A DNA stretch of 64,000 bases from the NCBI GenBank assembly GCA_050084985.1, contig JBITNC010000001.1:205654001-205718000 (forward strand), given 5' to 3'. How positions within the stretch are numbered: position 1 is the first letter of the stretch; each line of letters starts with the position of its first letter. This stretch comes from Nageia nagi. Its lineage: Eukaryota > Plantae > Pinophyta. The notes under the pieces are model-generated. The model was given only the letters and a program-made list of their open reading frames with translations, was not told the DNA's origin and ran no database searches. Shown here one piece after another: positions 55,001 through 64,000 of the stretch. Both the position numbers and the translations under genes were made by a program.

Positions 55001-55899
55001 TTTATTCACCAAGGATATTCCCATAAATAATATGTTCTAAGTCTTATTCTATGTAGAATTAGATTTTTTTTTGCATGTTTTATATATACTTTAATCATTA
55101 TTAGCTTAAAAAAATAAAATTTAAAAAACTTGAAAACTAAATATGCATCAAACCATGAAATTAATCATAGACATATGTTAATAAAAATTAAGACTTTAAC
55201 TTTGCATTAATATCATAAGTTAAAATACATTGATGAACCTAAATTTAACTTTAACTTTAACATTGCTTTATCCTTTACTACAATTTTTGGTTACATTTTA
55301 TCATCTACAAATTGATGAACCCAACTCCTTTTTTTATATAAATCTTCAAGCTAAGGTTTGATAAAAAAATTAGAATTTTCATTTTAGAGCATTAATTTTT
55401 CTAAGGGTTTTCTCATTGGAAATCTTAGGGTTTGATTTCTCTTTGCATTTAATAATTTTCCACAAAATTATTGAATTTATTTCTTGGATTTAATTAGAAA
55501 ATATAGGGTCTTTTATTTTATGACAAAATATTTTTGCATAAAACCCTAGATTTGGAGCTTTAGTTTTGAAAATTGTATGGATATTTTTTCCTTAGAACCT
55601 TGACCAAACCTTAAATATTCATGGTAGGCATCATTTACAAGGTAAATTTGGATTATTTCATGCATTTTATTGAAGTGTTTTGGTTTAAGAAAATAATAGT
55701 TTTGTATAAAACCCTAAAATTTCAATATAATGTTTTTCCAAAATTAGTAAGATATACATCATAAAATTAAGCCCAAGTCATATATATTCATTTAAAAGGC
55801 ATATATTTAATTTATCATGGCTTATAGGTGCATTTCTTATGATATCATGATTTAATTACTCAAATATGGTTTAAAAATTATAAGAGAATTATTTTCCCT

Positions 55900-56640
55900 T
55901 TTCATGATCATGATGCAAATGATGTTACTATCAATGCAAATATTATTGAGCAAATCACTAATATTAATAGTGATATTAATCCCAATTCTCCTAATGATAT
56001 TGATTCCAAAAATCATCATGATTATTATAATGATTCCAAATAAGAATCCAATATTGATAATCCTAATGATTCTAAAAATGATTCTACTATTGATGATCAT
56101 GATAATTCCAAAGATGATTTCAATGAAGATTATTATAATATTAATGATCTTAATGATTAAAATGATTATGATTCTTATGATGATATTAATCCTAGTAATT
56201 ATGAAACAAATGGTGATAATAGTCATGATGATATGATTTCAAAGGATAATCCTATTTCTACTTATAATTTTACTACTATATTTATTCATGCCATTAACAC
56301 TATTCCAAAAGATATTAATATTGTTTATTTCTTTGAAAAGCAAGATCCACAAGGACTCACATGCTTGATAAAATATCTCCTTAGTAAAGACCTCATTTGT
56401 ATAAAGAAAAAAAAAAGGAAAAAGAATATGTTGAGGAAAAAAGAAACCTCATTGGTACAAAGAGAAAAAAACACATATTATATCATCAAATTAAAGGTCA
56501 TACAACTAACAAATGCATTAGCATGAAGAAAATATTGCATACACTCTTAGAAAGTAAACTAATACATCCTAAGGAAGGATATGTAATACATGAAAATGAA
56601 TTAAATATTTTTATTGAGGAAGAAGTAGGAATTTAACATG
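55900..56640 (+). pseudogene. Asp/Asn-rich ORF remnant ending in a gag-type knuckle
   Basis: DNPNDSKNDSTIDDHDNSKDDFNED..., then HILYHQIKGHTTNKC, similar to YCTYHQRKGHATNFC of element A. Confidence 0.6.
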
Positions 56641-57109
56641 ATATAGATATTAAGGGAATTGAAGATAATCATAATGATACTTTTATTGATGCTAATGCTA
56701 CTACTAAGATTGTTTAAGATTTTGATGATATGGAATATTTACTAATAAAAAGCATAAAATATCCATAGTAATTTATACACATAAGTTAACAATACAACCA
56801 ATAGGGAAAAATATTGAATATACGTGATAATATCACTAAGAAACATCCTTAAGTTCTTTAAGAGCTTAAAGATTTGATACAAACATTTCATAAAGGGAAA
56901 CCTAATTTAACATATAATGTTTTACTTTGCATCTCATGTAGCATAGGTATGCAATTCATATAGCATAGGAATGTATGTTATACATGTTAGCCATGCATTT
57001 AATACAGCATAGGAATGAATTCTCATGAAAACTTCTTGCATTCCCTTTGTTGGTTAGGGACACATTTAACAATCATCTTTTTTATTCCTATTTGTTCAAG
57101 TCTATTTCA

Positions 57110-57340
57110 GTCTATCCAAAATTGGCCAAGAATTATCCATAAAAGTGTCAAATAATTATCAAAAGTATTCCTATGTTTTCCAAAATTATCCAAAAGTTGT
57201 TGTAAGTTTTCCTAAATTATCTAAAGTTATCCTATGTGGTCCTAAGTTATCCAAAGTTTGTCCAAGTCTATCTAAGATTATCTAAATTTATCCAAAAGTG
57301 TACAAAGTTATCAAATGTTGTCAAAGGCCTATACAAAATT
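57110..57340 (+). repeat. Degenerate 10-11-bp minisatellite (aagttatccaa-like)
   Basis: Repeated aaattatccaa/aagttatcct/aagttatcaa units. Confidence 0.7.
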
Positions 57341-58490
57341 CTCTCATTTCTAAAAATAAAAAGAGTATCTTAGAAATATGCAATGTTCAACTCATAAGGG
57401 TTAGATGAGTATGACAATATAGTAGGGTAGAAATTAGCTTGATGTCATAAATGTGGCTTGATACCAGTGCTATTGGTAAAGCTATTATTGGTGTGCATGA
57501 TCAAATATGATGGAATATTTGGAAATATATTAAAAAGTTATGTAAACTAAAAAAAATATATCAAAACTCCTTACTGTTCACAAGATATGACCATTTTAAG
57601 TTTCAAGATTTGAAAAGTGATAAAAGTGCAAAACATCAAGTCTATTTTGGCTCTTATATCAGTTATTTTTTACTTAAAAAATGATTAATTATGTTATTTT
57701 AATTAAATTTCTTAAATTATTCTTTATAATAAAAAACTAATTAGACTAATTTGATATATTAAGCAAAAGTTATACTTCTTGAAAGTTGGTAGTTTTATAA
57801 CAATCACAAGTTTGCAAGAATTGGATGATCATAAACCAAGGGGACCAAAAGTATGAAAAGAGAACATAGAAAGAAAAAAATTAAATATAACTATGTTATA
57901 AAGTACATACATATGTTTTGATCATTATTTATCATATTTAAATACTATTCTAAGTTATTTTAAGGATATATGCAAAATTGCGCAAAGTTATTAAGAAGTT
58001 GTAAGAAAGAGAAAAGTGCAAGTTTTTATTCCAAAGCATCAATATAAATGAAAATTAGGTATGAATACATAATTCTATGATATTTATTAAGTTTGATTTT
58101 CATATACATTTACTCATGTTAAAATTTTAAGTCCTCATGGAATGGGGGTAATATTTCATATCTTGGGGGCAATAAGGGTGCCCATATAAGTCAAATTTTG
58201 GGTGCAGTTGGGTTTCAAATTCAATTTTAGGTCTAGATATAAGATTTTTAATTTAGAGAAGTTAGTTGAGTTATAATATCCATTGGAAGAAATCCTAGTA
58301 TTCAAATATCTCATTTTCATATCACTAAGACTATAAGAAACATTAGCATTGGGGTTTAAGGTTATAAATTATAAAAATATTAGAAATTCAAAATCAAAGT
58401 GCATCATATTTTTAGTTCAATAAATTTAGAATTCTTAGTTTAGATATTCCCTAACACTAACACTAAGGGTATATGATCATATCTTAGGGG

Positions 58491-59074
58491 TGTAGATACT
58501 TATAATAGATATTTATTATAAAAGGGGTTAAAATATATCCAAGGTAATATAATCAATGCAAAAGGACCAAAACATAATGTAAGTGATGTCAAATATCTAT
58601 AAAGTCATCACAAGCTATGTAACATAGGATGATCATATGAAAAGGAGATGATCAATATGTGACTATAAAAGAATATCAAAGGCAAATAATTCATCATGGA
58701 AATATCATCAATCAGATAGGTAAATACATGCATACCATATCATCTAAATAAAAATAGTATTTTGTAATACCACTTATTCAAGGATCTATTATCTACTTTT
58801 CATCGCACTTCACATACTTTAATTTCTACATTTTATATCAAATATTTTAAGGTGTTGATGGTCCATTATCCCTAATATGTCAATGTAATAATTCTTATGT
58901 TCAAATGGATGGTGATTATGCAAAAGTATTATTCATAGCTCATTTACTTAGATTTGATGAAGGTACATAATTATTATTATTAATTATTGGTATATTTATG
59001 ATATATACTTATATATTATATTTGTAGAGAAATAGTGCTTTGTTTATTATATTACATATTATTTTTCATTTACA
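58491..59074 (+). repeat. 5' LTR of element D
   Basis: Homologous to the A and B LTRs (aaaggggttaaaatatatccaagg, gatgaaggtacat). Confidence 0.85.
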
Positions 59075-59141
59075 TTTTTGGTGAACCTTATATTTTGAAT
59101 AATATTTTCCCTTTTGTCTAAGACCTCATAATTTTTTTGTA

Positions 59142-62100
59142 ATGGATCCAACTGCACCAACATCATACATTCTTAAGGAATCAACATCATAAAATAGCTT
59201 GAAATGATCTTTAAATGGTAGCAAAAATGATTCAAAAAATCATATATAGCATTAAATCCCACCTAAAAACCTCTATAAGTAATTATTAGTTAGTTTTGAT
59301 GTTTCCCAAGTTGCAAGAATATCAAAAATTGAGAATAATAAGAGATCTCAAAGAAAGAAAGAAGACTACGATGGTATCTTCACCACAACACCTTTACTAG
59401 TAGATATCCATAAATATCCTTTATCACCCAACCTCAAGTACCATAATTTTGAGATTTTTAGTGGAAAACAAGACCTAAAATAACATCTTATCAACTTTTA
59501 GGATGAGTTCTTGTTGAAATTGGGATCTATGGATAAATTGATGGCTATGTTCTTCCTAAGGAGTTTGAAAGGTGATGCTAGCCAATGGTTTTATGATTTA
59601 CCATATAGATCCATAGAATCATTCAAATAATTTGAAAAGGTATTTAAGAATCAATATAAGCATAATATTATATAGTAGAGTACTATTATAAAATTATGTT
59701 CTTGCACTAGGTAAGCAATGAAACCCTTGAGAAGTATATTTGAAGATTCAAAAAGGTATGTTAATCTATTTGAAGTAAATTAGATGAAACTAAAATTTGT
59801 GGTATTTTTGCTAATTCCATTCTTCTAGCTATTATGGAACATGCTCTTAATTATACTAATATGGGTTTTGGAATTATGATAAAATGAGTTTTAGTAAAAT
59901 AAAAAGTATTGATTGAGCTTGGGTCACTCAAGTATGTAAATACCACACACAATAAGGATAACAAAAATCCATATGTCAAAAAATAAGAAATGAATGTAAA
60001 CATGGATGAAAATCATACTTTCACTAAATATGCTACAATAAGGAGTTGTACATCCACTTTTCCAATTTACCCTAAGCTTCTTTTATAGGATCTAGTAAAA
60101 AAGGGCTTATTGAAGCCATTCGATAGAAAGGTAAAAGATAAAAATATATTCATGGGAAATTCAAATGCTTATTATTAATATAATCAAAGAAGGGGACATG
60201 ATATAAATAGTTGTAAATCTCTTTAGGCTACCATATTAGATCATATTTCTCAAGGGAAGTATGAAATCAAAGAGAATGCTTTAGATCCAAATCAAGCAAT
60301 AAACACTATATCAATGGATAAGGAGATTTGTGCCACACTTAGAAGAGGCCATCCAAAGTCCATCCCAAATCTATTCATTACTAAAAAATTAAGTATCCCA
60401 CCTAATCCAAAATATTATAGCATGATAAAAAAATTAAAAACTATTTCTATTAATATTAGCTTATATGATCTTATGAGCACATCTAAAAAATATAGTGAAG
60501 TCTTGTATGAGTTGTTTAAAATGGAAAATATTCCCACAAATATTTCTTCCACATTATTTTTTGAAAAATTTCAATCCATTAAATATTATGATGTAATTTC
60601 CTTTTTCAATATTGAAAAACTTAGCAAGGAACTAATTTATGAATGTTTATCACTTTATGTGACCTATAATACATGGATGGAAAATAAAAAGAGCAATGGT
60701 AGATCTTGGTTCAACTGTAAATGTTTATTACCAAACATTCATACAATAACTAAAAGATAAATATGTTAAAATCCCTCCCATATAAGAGCCAACTTTTCAC
60801 ATAATAGCCTATGATAGTTATTCCAAAAAACCACTTAGATTGGTCACACTTCTAGTAATATTAAGTCTTAGGATTGTTCAAACAAATTTTCATGTCATGA
60901 GTGGAAAACTTTCATATAATTTACTCCTAGGGAGACCTTGGTAATTTGGCATCTAGAGCCATATGAATTGTGTAATTTGATAGATTTTGATATTGAAGGA
61001 TTGGATCTAACTTGTCCTCAAATAATCCCAAAAGAAGTTGACCTAGTTTTGATAAATGTGGAAAAATAGGTACAAATTGTAGATGTAAGAATGGGGATGT
61101 ACAAAATTAAGAATTTTGATCTATTAGCCTTTGTAAAAGATTTGGGGTATCTAAAAATAATAAATAACTTAGAGTGTCTACACCATGTTTAGGTAAACAT
61201 ATAGCATCTACACTATGGTGATGAGTGATGGTCAAGTAGTTCTTACTCTGTAACCTCCTTATCTCCAAATTCCATATAGTTGACAAAAAAAGAAGTAAAA
61301 TAGAATATGGGTAATCTCTTTCTATATCCTTTTGTACATAAATAAATGACATAAAAATGCAAGTATAATGGGGGAGGGTTAGGAAATATAGAATAGGGTA
61401 TGCCCTCTTTTCCTAAAAACTTAAGAGCTTAGAAAGATAATAAAGAATTAATTAGGAATTAGGACATTAAAAAGAGTTTAGGTCCCATAAAATTTATTTT
61501 GAAATGCCTTATGATTAATCTTTATGATTATATTGATGAATATTTATGAATTGATGATACTATACCTCTTGATTTTGATTATTTTTCCACTATTGATGAC
61601 ATATTATAATACATGGGAGCATATTTAGAATTTCCCAAATCAAATGATAAAAGAAAGCCAAATTGTGTTCTAAGTCAATATGGATATTTTTAGCAAGAGG
61701 TGAACTTTAATGAAGTATTTAATGTATAACAAGATAATGATCAAGAGGATGATGAACATGATATCCCTGGCTTAGAGGAGTTACCTTCACTATTGTAAAA
61801 GAAAGATGAGTTGATATTTTCTATTGAAGAGTTAGTTGATGTTAATATTGGCATAATTGATCAAGAAAGATTGGTAAAATTTGGGGTTGTTCTTCCAATT
61901 TCATAATATGAGAGGTATAAAAATAAATTTATTGAATGTGGTATTATATTGACATGCTTGGTTTAGATAAAATTTTTTTTCATACATATTTACCAATCAA
62001 GGAAGGAACAAAACTTGTTAAATAAAAACTAAGAAAGATGCATCCTTCCAAATCCTTATTAATAAAGAAATAAATTAAGAAATACTTGAATGTTAGATTT

Positions 62101-64000
62101 ATTATACAAATAGATTATTCAAAATGATGACTAACATTGTTCCTATCAGTAATTCAAATAAAGAAATAAGAATTTGCATTGATTTTAGAGATATCAATAA
62201 TGCTTATCTAAAATATGATTTTCCATTACCAAACATCAATATTATTATGGATAGTATTTCTTTTCATGATAATTTATCTTTTATGGATGGATTTTTAGGA
62301 TATAATAATATTTTAATCAATCTAGCTGATCAACATAAAATATTTTCACTATACCATGGGGTAATTTTTGTTGTAAGGTTATGCCTTTTGGTTTGAAAAA
62401 TGTAGAAGTAATTTATCAGCATGCAATGATGAGTATGTTTCATGAACACATTCATAAATCTATAGAGGTTTATGTTGATGACATCTTGGTTAAAACAAAG
62501 TAATGAAAAGATCATTTGGAGCTTCTTGAGGAGGTATTTAGCATTCTTAAGAAATACTAGTTTAGAATAAAATATTAAAAGTGTATTTTTGATGTTACTT
62601 TAGTAAAGTTAATAGGATTTATGATTTCAAAAAGAGGTATTGAGGAATATCCCAAAAAGGTAAAGACCATTGTTAGCATGCCCCCACCCAAAGGTGTAAA
62701 GCAATTAAGAAGCCTTCAAGGTAAGATCAATTTGGTAAGAAGATTAATTTCATAAATTGGAGATAAGTGTTTATTATTTACTCTTTTTTTGAAAAAGTAT
62801 GTAAAATTTTTAAGGGATGAGAAGTGTCATAAGGCATTTGAGGAAATCAAATAATATTTGCTTAATCCACCCATACTAGTACCTATAAATTTTAGCAAAG
62901 AGGCATATATTTACATACCAATTATAATGTTTTCTTTGGAGGCAATGTTATATCAAAAAGATGATCAAAAGAAAGAAAGAGGAATATACTATTTCAATAA
63001 GACTCTCATAGACTATGAAATAAGGTACACTCATATGGAAAAACTTTATTTTGGTATAATTTTTTCAGCTAAAAAATTGAGGCATTATCTTTTATATTGC
63101 ACTACATATGTTGTTAGTCTAATTAACCCATTTAAATATCTCATAGGAAAGCAACATTTATCAATAAGCATGGCTAAATGATTAATGCTATTACAAGGAT
63201 ACATCAATATGGTAAAGTAAAAATCTATTAAAGATTAGGAAATTACAAATTTGATAATAGAGTTCCATAAGAATGATGGAGACATTGTACATGAGGAGTT
63301 TGTAGATGATTACTACCAGTACATATCTCCTTTAGAGTATGGATACTATAGCAGAGTATGCTTGTGCTATTATGATGATCAGTGGGATATTCCATACAAG
63401 TTTGTATGCTATTTGGAAGATGAACATAAGACTTGGACACTATACTTTGATGGATTAAAGTGCACTCATAGAGAAAAGGTAGTTATTATATTAGTATAAT
63501 CAAAAAATGATGTTATACCCATGACATATAAAATTGGATTTGAGTGCACTAACAATATGGAAAAGTATGAAACATTAATCTTGGATCTAATGGAAACTAT
63601 TCTCCTAAAAATAACATAATTGAAAATTTATGGTGACTCAAAACTTGTGGTCAACCAAGTTGAAGATATATACAATATAAAAGATGAAAAATTAGTTCCA
63701 TACAAATTTATAGTATATAATATTATAATTTAATTTGATAAGTACATAATTGAGAATATTACAAGAACAAATAATAAGTAAGTAGATGCAATATTATATA
63801 GGAGGTCATTCGATGGGGCTCTATTGAGATGCCTCACACACCATGAAGTTGAGATAACACTCCAACAAGCACATGATGGTATATGTGGGGAAATTTATTT
63901 ACAAAATCCCTACATACTAAGCTCCTATGCATAGGGTACTATTGGTCATCCAATGTAAAAAATATTCCAATCTAGAAAAGCAACCAAAATAAGAGTTAAA
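59142..64000 (+). pseudogene. pol: gag-pol of element D
   Basis: Protease MVDLGSTVN..LLGRPW; RT RICIDFRDIN, FMDGFLGYN, VYVDDILV; RH IYYFNKTLIDYEIRY; aRH WTLYFDG, CTNNMEKYE, IYGDSKLVVNQ; integrase AHDGICG. Confidence 0.93.

Larger units (their letters stand above)
55300..57350 (+). mobile_element. Non-autonomous element E (relative of C): LTR end, PBS, leader and gag-like remnant
   Basis: catctaca followed by tgatgaacccaac at 55313. The leader at 55490-55560 matches C at 30343-30410. The LTR start and the 3' end are not resolved. Confidence 0.6.
58491..64000 (+). mobile_element. Ty3/gypsy Tat-type element D (diverged relative of A and B), running off the window
   Basis: 5' LTR 58491-59074 (tgtagata...ttaca), PBS tggtgaacc at 59079, then gag-PR-RT-RH-aRH and the start of INT. 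Confidence 0.93.

Overview
Very AT-rich, almost CpG-free eukaryotic nuclear DNA with no intact gene. It reads as ancient plant heterochromatin; a gymnosperm/conifer-like origin is my inference from element types and decay pattern. Most of the window is nested, decayed retroelements. (1) Three copies of one Ty3/gypsy Tat-type family with domain order gag-PR-RT-RH-aRH-INT: A 5210-15444, B 37453-45750 and D 58491-end. (2) A Ty1/copia inserted in A (9375-14652). (3) A second, Athila-like gypsy pol with a long 3' region (about 17700-26400). (4) Non-autonomous LTR elements that share the Tat family's tRNA-Trp-type primer binding site: C 29452-46820 and two fragments near 50305 and 55300. (5) A 5'-truncated L1-type LINE followed by an apparent extra ORF (30510-33390, minus strand). 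The least explained part is the oldest layer at 1-5209 plus 15445-17645. It holds two tandem, diverged copies of a decayed, intronless reading frame of roughly 1100 codons that I cannot assign to any family, preceded by an L1 ORF1-like remnant. All alignments and translations were done by eye. Boundaries not anchored by LTR termini or target-site duplications (TSDs) are approximate.
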